NCBI GenBank assembly: GCA_965243135.1
Contig: OZ251539.1
Span: forward strand, 4,288,001-4,352,000
DNA: 64,000 bases
Reading direction: 5' to 3'
DNA from: Alphaproteobacteria bacterium
Lineage (GTDB): Bacteria; Pseudomonadota; Alphaproteobacteria; MPNO01; UBA830
The translations under genes were made by a program, and so were the position numbers. This document shows, piece by piece, positions 48,943 to 60,976 of the stretch (its first letter is position 1; each line of letters opens with the position of its first letter). The notes under the pieces are model-generated. The model saw only the letters and a program-made list of their open reading frames with translations. It ran no database searches and was not told where the DNA came from.

Positions 48943-49623
48943 TCACGGCACCAGGCGGTATCCGCCGGGCTCGGTGATCAGTATTTCGGCGTTGGAGGGG
49001 TCGCGCTCGATCTTCTGGCGCAGCCGGTACACATGGGTCTCGAGCGTGTGCGTCGTGACCCCGGAATTGTAGCCCCACACCTCGTTGAGGAGCGTCTGGC
49101 GGCCGGTCACGCCGGAAACCCTCTTCAGGAGATATTTCAGGATCGCCACCTCCTTCGCCGTCAACCGGATCTTGCCGTCTTCCGGGTAAGTCAGCACTTT
49201 GGCGGCGGGATGAAATCTGTAGGGACCGATGCTGAAAACCGCATCCTCGCTCCGTTCGTGCTGGCGAAGCTGAGCGCGTATCCTTGCGAGCAGGATGCTG
49301 AACCTGAACGGCTTCGTGACGTAGTCGTTGGCGCCCGCGTCGAGGCCTTGCACCGTATCCGTCTCGGCGCCGGCGCCGGTGAGCATGATGATCGGACAAT
49401 TGACGTTCGCGTCGCGCAGCGCGCGGCATACTTCGCGACCATCCATGTCGGGCAGGCCGATGTCGAGAATGACGATGTCGGGGTGGGGGTCGCGGCAGGC
49501 GGCGAGCGCCCCCGCCCCGTTTGCGGCTTCCTCGACGACGAATTCTTCTCGGAACTGGCCTCGCAAGGTTTCCCGCAGCATGTCGTCGTCGTCCACCAGC
49601 AGGATCTTCTTGGGGTTGGCCAT
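48943..49623 (-). CDS. OmpR-family response regulator
   Basis: LVDDD, LDIGLPD, DYVTKPF, VWGYNSGVTTHTLETHVYRLRQK. Confidence 0.95.
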   Translation of the reverse strand: MANPKKILLVDDDDMLRETLRGQFREEFVVEEAANGAGALAACRDPHPDIVILDIGLPDMDGREVCRALRDANVNCPIIMLTGAGAETDTVQGLDAGANDYVTKPFRFSILLARIRAQLRQHERSEDAVFSIGPYRFHPAAKVLTYPEDGKIRLTAKEVAILKYLLKRVSGVTGRQTLLNEVWGYNSGVTTHTLETHVYRLRQKIERDPSNAEILITEPGGYRLVP

Positions 49624-49731
49624 GTCAGCGCGCTCCGGCTCGGTTCCGCGGGATTATGCCGCGTCGGTCAACGATGAGAAAGCTCTTTCGAACCACTTTT
49701 CCGGAATGCGTCATCCTTCTATGATCCGATC

Positions 49732-50146
49732 CACTATTGTCCGGTTAACTGGCAGATGCTTCCTAATTTATAAAAATTTATCAATGTGTTAAGGTAAAAA
49801 TCACCTGGTGTCGATTTTGGGTCGGCTATCTGCTGTCGGCGATGAGGTCAGATTTGCAAGCTGCCGCTCCATACTCGAAGGATGTCTCCGGCCGTTTGGG
49901 ATCAAGCGTTTCTTCGGACGCTCCGAAAATGCAGTGAAAACACGAATCCGGATCGCAGTCTCAGTTTATGTTCCGATCATGCGAAAAAGGCTGAAAATCG
50001 ATACCAACCTCTGCGCAATTCTTCAGATCTTGTTGGTGATTCCTTTCGAGAAAATTCAATTAAAACAGCCTCTTAGATCGGGCGCCGACAGCCCCGGCCA
50101 CTACCAAACCAATTGAATTTGTTTGGTGATTAACCGGACAGCAGTG
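49732..50146 (+). mobile_element. Internally deleted IS4-family element (415 bp)
   Basis: TIRs CACTATTGTCCGGTTAA / CACTGCTGTCCGGTTAA (15/17); 9-bp TSD GATCCGATC at 49723-49731 and 50147-50155; retains transposase C-terminus IKRFFGRSENAVKTRIRIAVSVY...LQIL...FEK and NQLNLF. Confidence 0.9.
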
Positions 50147-50235
50147 GATCCGATCATTAGTCGGACATTCGCCATGTCTGCCCCATCCCGCCTCTCCCGC
50201 GTCAGAATGCGTCGATTACTGTCGTTCGAGGAGGC

Positions 50236-50691
50236 ATGACCCGACTGGAGTCGCCCGGGCGAGGTTCTGAAGCGCGGCTTCATGGAGCCCTTCGGCTTGT
50301 CCGGCGCACCGCAGTCTCCGCCGTCAGCAGGGTCCTGCGTCCGAGCGTACAGGCGTTGTTGGCGGACGCCCCCGCGAACGCATTCGAAATCGTGCTGCCG
50401 GAGGCGCTCGACCGGATGAACCGGGATCAAGCGGGTGCGGCGCCGCTATTCAAATCACCCGCGCTTCGCCGGGGCGACGGCCGTCACGTTGGCGGAAGGC
50501 AGGAACGCGGAGCTTCGCGCCGGTCTGAAGGGGACGATGAACGCCCTGCGAACCTCGCAGCCAAGACCTGGCGCGGCCTTCGGGGTCGGGCGGAGCAGGG
50601 CAAATCCGAGGGCGGTTTGCGCTACGGCTACGATATGGCAATGATCGCGGCCGCGCCGCGCTCATCTCCGGCGCGAAACGGAGCCGGATGA
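50236..50691 (+). pseudogene. Large serine recombinase remnant
   Basis: GAGGAGG RBS, then LRPSVQALLADA..FEIVLPEALDRMNRDQ / fs / RFAG..VTLAEG..ELRAGLKGTMNAL / fs / LAAKTWRGLRGRAEQGKSEGGLRYGYD; catalytic N-terminal motif and C-terminal domains missing. Confidence 0.85.
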
Positions 50692-50833
50692 AAGCGAAGC
50701 TGCGCGGCGGTCTCGGCGCCGTCCTCGAATGGACGGCGAAGGGCGCCAAAGGAAACGAGAGCGGCACGCCGGCGCCCGGAATGCCGATCACGGTGGTTGC
50801 GGGGGCAGGAGTCCAACCTGCGACACCCGGATC

Positions 50834-51337
50834 ATGAGTCTGATCGTCTCGGTCGACGGAACGGCCGTCTGGAGAAACGCCTCCTGCAGATGCGCGGTCG
50901 GCCGCGGCGGCGTCCGGGCGAATAAGCGGGAAGGCGACGGCGCCACGCCGGAAGGGAGCTTTCCGTTGCTCGAAGTTCTTTACCGGAAGGATCGCCTCGA
51001 CCTCCCCAACACGCGGCTTCGCGCGGCGGCGCTGGCGCCGGAGGACGGCTGGTGCGACGATCCCCGGCACCCTGCCTACAACACGAAGGTGAAGCTGCCG
51101 CACCCGGCCGGTTGCGAGGCGCTGTGGCGCGACGACGGGCTCTACGATCTGATGGCGATCACCGGCCACAACGCGGATCCGGTCGTTCCCGGCGCAGGCA
51201 GCGCCATCTTCGTTCACGTCGCCGGAGCCGGCTATCCGCCCACGGAGGGATGCGTGGCGTTCGCCCTGCCGGACCTGCAGCGCATCCTCTCGGACTGGCT
51301 GCCGGCCGACAGGTTGGTGGTGCAGGCGTCGCGCTGA
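50834..51337 (+). CDS. L,D-transpeptidase (YkuD) family protein
   Basis: KREGDGATP, GWCDDP, GSAIFVH, TEGCVA. Confidence 0.9.
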   Translation: MSLIVSVDGTAVWRNASCRCAVGRGGVRANKREGDGATPEGSFPLLEVLYRKDRLDLPNTRLRAAALAPEDGWCDDPRHPAYNTKVKLPHPAGCEALWRDDGLYDLMAITGHNADPVVPGAGSAIFVHVAGAGYPPTEGCVAFALPDLQRILSDWLPADRLVVQASR

Positions 51338-51355
51338 CGGAGCCGCCGGCCGAAA

Positions 51356-52060
51356 TCAGGGTCGGCGCGGCCCGAAAATCGCCGTGCCGACGCGCACTTC
51401 GGTCGCCCCCAAGCCGACCGCCGTCTCGAAATCCGCCGACATGCCCATGCTGAGGCGGGCGACGCCGTTGCGTTCGGCGAGCGCCGCCAGCCGTCCGAAG
51501 TGAAGCGCCGGGTCCTCCCGCGCGGGCGGGATGCACATCAGCCCGGCTATCTCGAAGCCGAACTCCGTCCGGCATCGCGCGACGAACGCATCCGCCGCGG
51601 CCGGAAGGACGCCCGATTTTTGCGGCTCTTCTCCCGTGTTCACTTGCACGAAGAGCGCGCAGCGCCGGTCCTGCCGTTCGAATTCCCGGGCGAGCGCCCG
51701 GGCGAGGCGCTCCCGATCCAGTGTCTGAATCGCGTCGAACAGCGCGACGGCCTCGGCGGCCTTGTTGGTTTGCAGGGAGCCGATCAAATGGAGCTCCGCA
51801 TCGGGGAATTCCGCCCGGAGGGCGGGCCATTTGGCGGCGGCTTCCTGCACGCGGTTCTCTCCGAACGTCCGGTGTCCGGCCGCGAGCGCGGCCCGTGCCG
51901 ACGCAGCGCCATGCGCTTTGGAGACCGCCACGAGCGACACGGTTTCGGGGTTCCGCCCGGCAGCCCGCGCGGCGTCCGCGATCCGCCGCCTTACGGCCGC
52001 CAGATTGGCCGCGGCCACGTCCGGCGTCAGGTTCGCGCCGCTTCCCGGAACGTCTCTCAT
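51356..52060 (-). CDS. yggS: PLP homeostasis protein YggS
   Basis: VAVSK, FGENRVQE, HLIGSLQTNK, LSMGMSADF, VRVGTAIFG. Confidence 0.95.
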   Translation of the reverse strand: MRDVPGSGANLTPDVAAANLAAVRRRIADAARAAGRNPETVSLVAVSKAHGAASARAALAAGHRTFGENRVQEAAAKWPALRAEFPDAELHLIGSLQTNKAAEAVALFDAIQTLDRERLARALAREFERQDRRCALFVQVNTGEEPQKSGVLPAAADAFVARCRTEFGFEIAGLMCIPPAREDPALHFGRLAALAERNGVARLSMGMSADFETAVGLGATEVRVGTAIFGPRRP

Positions 52061-52166
52061 GACGCGACGATAGGGCGCGGCCGCCCGCCGATCAAACGGC
52101 CGCCGCCGGGGCGAGCGAAGCGTTCGCCGACGACTGCCGGCCGGCGAACCCGAGCGGTCGCAGCCG

Positions 52167-53027
52167 TCAATAGACTCCGGGAGCCGGAGGCTTCGGCGTC
52201 GCCCGAAGCCGCTTCACCAGATCGTCGAGCTGTTCCAGCGACTCGTAAGCCAGAGTGACGGTGCCGCCGTTGCCGTCGAACGAGATTTTCGTCTTGAGCC
52301 CGAGCGCATTGCTGAGCGACCTCTCGAGGGCGAGCGTATCCGCGTTCTCGACCGCGGGACGCCGGGACCGGCCCTTGCCCGGCTTTCGGAGGCGCTCCGC
52401 GGCGCGCACCGACAGTCCTTCCGCCTCGATGCGTCGCGCCAGCGCGACGGCATCGGGCGCGCCGACGAGGGCGCGCGCGTGTCCAGCCGTAAGCTTGCCC
52501 TCGGCAAGCATCGTCTGCACTTCGTCGGGAAGCTCGAGAAGCCTCGTCGTATTGGCGACGTGGCTTCGGCTCTTGCCCACGACGACCGCGACCTCGTTCT
52601 GGGTCTTGCCGAACTCCTGCGCCAGCCGCGAATAAGCCTGCGCCTCCTCGATGGCCGAAAGGTCATCGCGCTGGATATTTTCGATCAGCGCGACCGCCAG
52701 CGCTTCCTCGTCGGAAAGATCGCGCACCACGACGGCGATTTCGTGAACCTGCGCCCGCTGCGCCGCTCGCCACCTGCGTTCGCCGGCGACGATTTCGAAA
52801 TCGCCGGACGCGCCTGGACGAACGATCAGCGGCTGCAGGACGCCTTTCTCCCGAATCGAGCGCGCCAGTTCCTCCAGCGCGCTTTCGTCGAAACGGCGTC
52901 GCGGCTGGAGAGGACAAGGCGTCAGCATGGCCGTCGGCACGGTGCGGACGCCGACGGACGCGTCCCCGGCGCGGTCTTCGCCGAAGAGCGCCTTGAGGCC
53001 GCGTCCGAGCGGTTGGCTTCCGTTCAT
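52167..53027 (-). CDS. parB: Chromosome partitioning protein ParB
   Basis: LGRGLKAL, QPRRRF, IVAGERRWRAA, IENIQR, GKSRSHVAN. Confidence 0.95.
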   Translation of the reverse strand: MNGSQPLGRGLKALFGEDRAGDASVGVRTVPTAMLTPCPLQPRRRFDESALEELARSIREKGVLQPLIVRPGASGDFEIVAGERRWRAAQRAQVHEIAVVVRDLSDEEALAVALIENIQRDDLSAIEEAQAYSRLAQEFGKTQNEVAVVVGKSRSHVANTTRLLELPDEVQTMLAEGKLTAGHARALVGAPDAVALARRIEAEGLSVRAAERLRKPGKGRSRRPAVENADTLALERSLSNALGLKTKISFDGNGGTVTLAYESLEQLDDLVKRLRATPKPPAPGVY

Positions 53028-53833
53028 GTTGCGTTCTCCGTCGCGCCTTCGCGACGCAGGAATTCCCCAGCGAGCCGGATATAGGCCAACGCTCCGGCGC
53101 AGTTCACATCGTACAGCAGAACCGGCTTGCCGTGCGACGGCGCTTCGGAGATCCGGACGTTCCTGGGAATCACGGTCTCGAAGACTCGGTCGCCGAAAAA
53201 CTCCCGGACGTCATCGGAGACCAGCGAACTCAGCCTGTTGCGGCTGTCGAACATCGTCAGAACGATGCCCGCCAGCCGCAGGCTCGGATTGAACCCGGAC
53301 TGCACTGCTTCGATCGTGCGCATGAGTTGTCGAATTCCTTCGAGCGCGAGAAACTCGCATTGCAGCGGCACGAGAACCGAATCGGCAGCCACGAGGGCGT
53401 TCAGCGTCAGCAGTCCGAGCGCGGGCGGACAGTCGACGAGAACGTAGTCGAAGGACGGCGCGACCGGCCGCAGAACCGAGCGCAGGCGCCGTTCCCGTTC
53501 CCGAAGGTCGACGAGTTCCAGTTCCGCCGCCGACAGATCGATGGTGGACGGCATGATCGCGAGACGGGGAACGTCCGTTTCGATCACGGCGTCCTCGAAG
53601 GGGACGCCGCCGAGCAACAGGCCATAGGTTCCCCTCCCCCTGCGGGCCGGCTCGACGCCGAGTCCCGTCGACGCGTTTCCCTGGGGATCGAGGTCGACCG
53701 CCAGAACCCGCTTGCCGACCGCGGCAAGGGCGGTCGCCAGATTGATCGCAGTAGTCGTCTTGCCGACGCCGCCTTTCTGGTTCGCGATCGCCATGACCGG
53801 CGCCGCGACGGCCGCCGACGCGCCTCCGTTCAT
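53024..53833 (-). CDS. parA: Chromosome partitioning ATPase ParA
   Basis: NQKGGVGKTTT, DLDPQGNAS, DCPP, IPRNVRISEAPSHG. Confidence 0.95.
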   Translation of the reverse strand: MNGGASAAVAAPVMAIANQKGGVGKTTTAINLATALAAVGKRVLAVDLDPQGNASTGLGVEPARRGRGTYGLLLGGVPFEDAVIETDVPRLAIMPSTIDLSAAELELVDLRERERRLRSVLRPVAPSFDYVLVDCPPALGLLTLNALVAADSVLVPLQCEFLALEGIRQLMRTIEAVQSGFNPSLRLAGIVLTMFDSRNRLSSLVSDDVREFFGDRVFETVIPRNVRISEAPSHGKPVLLYDVNCAGALAYIRLAGEFLRREGATENAT

Positions 53834-54477
53834 CGCGACGCGGCCGCCGGACTCGCCGGTTCCACGTTCGAGAGGCGGAGGATTCGTCCGTCGCGGGAGG
53901 TCGCGCTGTCGAACGCTTCGACCCGCATTTTCCACCGCTTTCGGGCCTCGGCCAGTTCGGCGCGCCATTTTCGGCCCTTGGGAAACAGGCAGGACGCCGG
54001 GCGCAGCGCGGCGGCGAACCCGCAAAGCGCCGATAGAGGCGCCAGCGCGCGCGCCGTAAGGACGTCGGCTCGCGGCGGGCGCGGTCGCAGCGCTTCGATC
54101 CTCGCGTTCAGGATGGAGACCGGAGCGTCCGTCCGCCTCGCGACCTCCCCGAGAAACGCGCATTTGCGCGCATCGGCCTCGACCAACGCCACCGGATGGC
54201 CGGTCGCGATGGCGAGCACCAAGCCGGGGAACCCGGCCCCGCTTCCGAGATCCGTAATGGCCCGCGTTTCCCGGGGAAGCAGCGCCGCGAGCTGAAAAGA
54301 ATCGAGAATGTGGCGATGCCAAAGGTTCGGAAGCGTGGAGGCCGCGACCAGATTGAGCGAGGCGCGCCACGAGACCAGCAGGTCCGCGTACACGCGAAGG
54401 CGGTCCAGCGTTTCACGTGAAACATTCGCGACTGCGGCGAATTCGCGCGGTCCCATGCATTCTCCGGGCGGATTCAC
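53830..54477 (-). CDS. rsmG: 16S rRNA m7G527 methyltransferase
   Basis: NVSRET, RHILDS, DLGSGAGFPG, ARALAPL, FPKG; start may be ATG 54456. Confidence 0.93.
   Translation of the reverse strand: MNPPGECMGPREFAAVANVSRETLDRLRVYADLLVSWRASLNLVAASTLPNLWHRHILDSFQLAALLPRETRAITDLGSGAGFPGLVLAIATGHPVALVEADARKCAFLGEVARRTDAPVSILNARIEALRPRPPRADVLTARALAPLSALCGFAAALRPASCLFPKGRKWRAELAEARKRWKMRVEAFDSATSRDGRILRLSNVEPASPAAASR
54409..54424. other. parS site
   Basis: CGTTTCACGTGAAACA, 15/16 match to the consensus TGTTTCACGTGAAACA, inside rsmG. Confidence 0.9.
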
Positions 54478-54618
54478 CGCGCCGGCCTGCGGAGCGACCG
54501 CGCCCGAAGCGCGACGCGGGCGACCGGCATGCCGGCGTCGCGGCGGTTTCGCCGGGTTCCCGGCGGCGCGAACGGCTCCGGCGCTTCCTTTGGCCGGCCG
54601 CGGCTGCCCCGAAAGCTT

Positions 54619-56475
54619 CTAGGCGGCGTCACGGCGCCCGGTTCCGCGGCGAACGTGGCGCAGCAACGCCGAGAGAGCCGCAGGCGTCACCCCGGGGATG
54701 CGGCCAGCCGCGCCGAGAGTCTCGGGACGGACGCTGTCCAGTTTCTCGCGCATCTCGCGCGACAATCCGTCGATGCGCTCGAATTCGAGATCGACCGGCA
54801 GCGCGAGCGACTCGTCCCGGCGAAAGAGGTCGATGTCCGCCTGCTGGCGTCCGAGATACCCGGAATAACGCGAATCGTTCGCGATCTGCTTCAACGCGGA
54901 TTGCGGAATATCCGCGACTGCGGGCCACAGGCGAGCCAGCACGGCGGCGTCGACGCCCGGGCGGGCGAGCAGGTCGAGAGCGGTTCGCGCCACGCCGTTG
55001 TCCGCCGCGGGAATTCCGAGGTCGCGAAGGGTTCGCGGCGTGGCGGACAATTCCGCGAGCTGCCGCCGCGCGATCCCGATTTGCTCCGTCTTGCGCCCGA
55101 ATGCGCGGGCGCGAACGCCGGACACGCAGCCGACCTTCATTCCGGCCGGCGTCAGCCGTTGGTCGGCGTTGTCGGCGCGCAGCGAAAGGCGGTATTCGGC
55201 GCGCGACGTGAACATCCGATAGGGCTCGGAGGCGCCGCGCGTGATCAGATCGTCGATCATGACGCCGATATAGGCTTCCGCGCGGTCGAGCGCGAAATGC
55301 GCGCCGCCGGCGTTGATCCCCGCGACCACGCCCTGCGCAGCCGCTTCCTCGTAACCCGTCGTGCCGTTGATCTGGCCGGCGAAATACAATCCCTTCACCC
55401 GCCGCGTTTCCAGGGTGGGGCGCAATTCGCGGGGATCCACGAAGTCGTACTCGATGGCGTAACCGGGCCGAATCATCCGCGCCCGCTCGAGTCCGGGGAT
55501 CAGCGCCAGCATCGCACGCTGCACGCTCTCCGGGAGGGACGTCGATATTCCGTTGGGGTAGACCGTGTCGTCGTCGAGTCCTTCGGGCTCGAGAAAGATC
55601 TGATGACGGTCGCGGTCGGCGAAACGCACGATCTTGTCCTCGATGGACGGACAGTACCGCGGCCCGGTCGATCGGATGCGCCCCGAGTACATCGCCGACA
55701 GATGCAGACTTTCCCGGATCAGATCGTGCGCCTCGCGGTTGGTGTACGTGATATGGCAGTTCGTCTGCGGCACGCGAATGCGCGTCGTCAGCGCGGAGAA
55801 CGGCTCCGGCGGATCGTCGCCGGGCTGCGCCTCCAACGACGCCCAATCGACGGTGCGGCCGTCGATGCGGGGCGGCGTTCCCGTCTTCAGCCGCCCGAGA
55901 CGGAATCCCAGCGCCTTGAGCGTGCGGGACAAGCCGAGCGACGGCGCTTCCCCGACCCGTCCGGCCGGGATCGTCCGGCTTCCGACATGGATCAGCCCGT
56001 CGAGAAACGTTCCCGTCGTCAGAACCACGCGCGGGGCGCTCGCCGTCGTCCCGTCGGCGAGGACGACTCCGGCGACGGCCGCGCGCTCGACCGCGAGATC
56101 CTCCACGCCGCCGTCCATTATGTCGAGGTTTTCCTGGCGCCGGAGAAGATTCTGCACCGCGCGCCGGTAAAGGCGGCGGTCCGCCTGCGCGCGCGGGCCC
56201 TGCACGGCCGGACCCTTCCGCCGGTTGAGAATCCGGAACTGGATCCCGGACCGGTCGATCGCCCGGCCCATGATGCCGTCGAGCGCGTCGATCTCGCGGA
56301 CCAGATGCCCCTTGCCGAGGCCGCCGATCGCCGGATTGCACGACATTTCGCCGATCGTGGACCGCTTGTGCGTCACGAGCAGTACGCGCGCGCCCATGCG
56401 CGCGGCGGCGGCGGCGGCCTCGCAACCCGCATGCCCTCCGCCGACAACGATCACTTCGTAGGAACGATCAGACAT
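54619..56475 (-). CDS. mnmG: tRNA uridine-5-carboxymethylaminomethyl modification enzyme MnmG (GidA)
   Basis: [46 protein letters not shown]. Confidence 0.97.
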   Translation of the reverse strand: MSDRSYEVIVVGGGHAGCEAAAAAARMGARVLLVTHKRSTIGEMSCNPAIGGLGKGHLVREIDALDGIMGRAIDRSGIQFRILNRRKGPAVQGPRAQADRRLYRRAVQNLLRRQENLDIMDGGVEDLAVERAAVAGVVLADGTTASAPRVVLTTGTFLDGLIHVGSRTIPAGRVGEAPSLGLSRTLKALGFRLGRLKTGTPPRIDGRTVDWASLEAQPGDDPPEPFSALTTRIRVPQTNCHITYTNREAHDLIRESLHLSAMYSGRIRSTGPRYCPSIEDKIVRFADRDRHQIFLEPEGLDDDTVYPNGISTSLPESVQRAMLALIPGLERARMIRPGYAIEYDFVDPRELRPTLETRRVKGLYFAGQINGTTGYEEAAAQGVVAGINAGGAHFALDRAEAYIGVMIDDLITRGASEPYRMFTSRAEYRLSLRADNADQRLTPAGMKVGCVSGVRARAFGRKTEQIGIARRQLAELSATPRTLRDLGIPAADNGVARTALDLLARPGVDAAVLARLWPAVADIPQSALKQIANDSRYSGYLGRQQADIDLFRRDESLALPVDLEFERIDGLSREMREKLDSVRPETLGAAGRIPGVTPAALSALLRHVRRGTGRRDAA

Positions 56476-56522
56476 GCAGGGCAAACTAGGCAACCTTCGC
56501 TGCGCTGTAAAGACGAACCGGG

Positions 56523-56538
56523 CGTTTCACGTGAAACA
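56523..56538. other. parS site
   Basis: CGTTTCACGTGAAACA in the mnmE-mnmG intergenic region. Confidence 0.9.
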
Positions 56539-56558
56539 ATCGCCGTACGGCGCCGGCT

Positions 56559-57887
56559 TCACTTTCCAATGCAAAAATCTCGAAAGACGACGTCGAGCAA
56601 CTCCTCGACGTCCACCCGGCCGGTGACCCGGCCGAGGGAGCGCGCCGCGATCCTGAGATCCTCGGCGATCAGCTCCACCTCTCCGGCCGCTGCCGCCCGG
56701 GCCAGCGAATCGGCGCACTCCCCGATCGCGATCCGATGACGCAGCCGGGTGAGATGGGTTCCCTCCTTCCGCGGCATGAGGCCAGCCATTCGCGTCAGAA
56801 TGCGCTGCAGCAAATCCTGCAGCCCGTCGCCGGTCTTCGCCGAAACGGCGACCGTTTCCGCGCCGCCGATTTCGGCGGGCGGGACGAAGCCCAGATCGAT
56901 CTTGTTGACGACCGCGAGGGCGCCGCGATCGAGAAGGGCGAGGCTCGCGGCGTCGGGGGGGACCGCGCCGTCGAACACGACCAGGACGAGATCGGCGGTT
57001 TTCGCCCGGTCGAGAGCGCGGCGGACGCCCTCTTTCTCGACCGGGCCCGGCGCGTCGCGAAGGCCGGCCGTATCGGCCGCGACGACGGGCCAGCCGCCGA
57101 GATCCAGATGGACTTCGATCACGTCCCGGGTGGTTCCTTCGGTCTCCGACACGATCGCCGCGTCGCGCGCGGCCAGCGCGTTGAGCAGCGAGGATTTTCC
57201 GGCATTCGGCGCGCCGGCGATCGCGACGTGCATGCCGTCGCGCAGGCGTTCTCCGCGACGGCTGTCGTCGAGGAAACTCCGCAGAGACGCCTCCAGATCC
57301 ACGATTCCGGCCGTCGCTGCGGCCGCGGTTTCCTCGGGCAGGTCCTCGTCGGGGAAATCTATCCACGCCTCCAGATGGGCCAGCGTTTCGATCAGGGAGG
57401 CGCGCCAGACGTCGAGCCGGCGCGAAAGCCCGCCGCCCAGCTGATGCAGCGCCTGGCGGCGCTGCGCGTCGGTTTCCGCCGCGACGAGATCGGCCAGGCC
57501 CTCCGCCTCGGCGAGGTCGATCTTGCCCGCCAAAAACGCGCGCCTCGAGAATTCTCCCGGTTCGGCGAGCCGAACGCCGTCCCGGCGGGCCAGAACGGCG
57601 GAAACGGCCTCGACGGTCGCGCGGCCGCCGTGAACGTGAAACTCCGCGACGTCCTCGCCGGTGAAGCTGGCCGGCGAGGGAAACCAGAGCAGCAAACCGT
57701 CGTCAAGCGGCGCGCCGTCGGCGGGATCCCGCAGCCGGCAACGCACCGCCTTGCGCGGCGGCAATTCCCCGAGACGCGCCAGTTCCCGCGCCGCGACGCC
57801 GGCGGCCGGTCCGGAAAGCCGGATTACCGCGACGCCGGCGCGTCCGGGCGCGCTCGCCAGCGCAAAGATCGTATCGCCGGGCGTCAA
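56559..57887 (-). CDS. mnmE: tRNA modification GTPase MnmE (TrmE)
   Basis: DTIFALAS, SFTGED, GAPNAGKSS, GTTRD, DTAGLR, NKID, FCIGK. Confidence 0.97.
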   Translation of the reverse strand: MTPGDTIFALASAPGRAGVAVIRLSGPAAGVAARELARLGELPPRKAVRCRLRDPADGAPLDDGLLLWFPSPASFTGEDVAEFHVHGGRATVEAVSAVLARRDGVRLAEPGEFSRRAFLAGKIDLAEAEGLADLVAAETDAQRRQALHQLGGGLSRRLDVWRASLIETLAHLEAWIDFPDEDLPEETAAAATAGIVDLEASLRSFLDDSRRGERLRDGMHVAIAGAPNAGKSSLLNALAARDAAIVSETEGTTRDVIEVHLDLGGWPVVAADTAGLRDAPGPVEKEGVRRALDRAKTADLVLVVFDGAVPPDAASLALLDRGALAVVNKIDLGFVPPAEIGGAETVAVSAKTGDGLQDLLQRILTRMAGLMPRKEGTHLTRLRHRIAIGECADSLARAAAAGEVELIAEDLRIAARSLGRVTGRVDVEELLDVVFRDFCIGK

Positions 57888-57894
57888 CGGCCCC

Positions 57895-58131
57895 TCAGTT
57901 TCCGTCCTTCTTCGCGGCGAACGTTTCGAAAAACCGCTTCTGCAATTCTTCGAAACCCTGAACGCCGGCCGACGTCCATTGGGCCATCAATTTTTCGGCG
58001 TCCATCGTCCGCGCCGTCTCCGCCGCCCGCTTCGCGAGCTCCTCGACGATCGCATCGTTTACAGGCGCCACGTCCGGCAGGCCGAGGAAGCGGCGCGCTT
58101 CCTCGGGCGTGCAGTCGAACGATATCTTCAT
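57895..58131 (-). CDS. DUF6489-like small protein
   Basis: [21 protein letters not shown]; GGAGG RBS. Confidence 0.8.
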   Translation of the reverse strand: MKISFDCTPEEARRFLGLPDVAPVNDAIVEELAKRAAETARTMDAEKLMAQWTSAGVQGFEELQKRFFETFAAKKDGN

Positions 58132-58231
58132 TCCTCCGCTCCTCCGTCGCAGCCCTCGCGCGTTCCCGAGTTTGTCTCGGTCGCGTTCCCGTAGCATGTT
58201 AACTTCCGCCTCAACTTTCGGATACCCCCTC

Positions 58232-60253
<2,022 letters not shown>

Positions 60254-60745
60254 AATCGCGAACTTCGTGCAGCTCGCAGATTCCAGACCGCGGCAGCCGC
60301 GCTTGCGCTTCTCGACACAGCATGCACGACAGTCGCCAAGCGTTCGCGGAGAACCTGGCAGCCGATCCGCAATGTACCGGCGCTCGCAGGCCCGGCGGCT
60401 GCGCGTCGGGACATGCTTCGAAACGGCACGCGCCTGGACGCAACGTTCGCGTCGAAGAACGCGCTTTGCCTTCCGAGCTTCCTGTTCGTCCATGTTCCCT
60501 TCAGTCCGCTTCCGAAGCCCGCACGTCAGCGGCGCTGTAGCGCCTCCGGCGCAACAGAACAGCAGTTTCAGGCGGGGACAGCGTTTTGGCCAAGCGGCCA
60601 AGCCCAATACTTGAGCCGGTGCCTCACTATTTCCTTGTATAGCATCAAGAGAAAATGTGACTTTCGTATATAATTCCTTAACTTTCTATCAACCGAGCCA
60701 TCCACGGCCGAAAGCGAACACAGTCGAGAACATCCGGGGAAGACG

Positions 60746-60976
60746 ATGATGCGAGACTTGGAAATGCTGCGCGGAACGGACTTGGCGACGCTGTTGAAGC
60801 GACGCGAGAACAGCCTACGGAAGGCAACGGGGAAAAGGACATTGTCACGAACCTTGATGCCGCCCGAGGAATATGTGGCGGTCGACGCAGCTCAAACTGA
60901 GCGAGCGCATACCAGATCCAAACCGGCAGAATCCGACGCAACCCACGAGGACGACGGAAGTTCCGAGTCCGCCTGA
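60746..60976 (+). CDS. Hypothetical protein, possibly a frameshifted fragment
   Basis: 76-aa ORF with GGGGAAG RBS-like sequence after an AT-rich stretch; no recognisable family. Confidence 0.3.
   Translation: MMRDLEMLRGTDLATLLKRRENSLRKATGKRTLSRTLMPPEEYVAVDAAQTERAHTRSKPAESDATHEDDGSSESA

Noticed and set aside
49740-50160. oriC or CtrA boxes in the AT-rich stretch (TTAT-N7-TTAA at 49778-49792)
   Set aside because: The stretch is fully explained as the IS4 derivative; no cluster of DnaA boxes.
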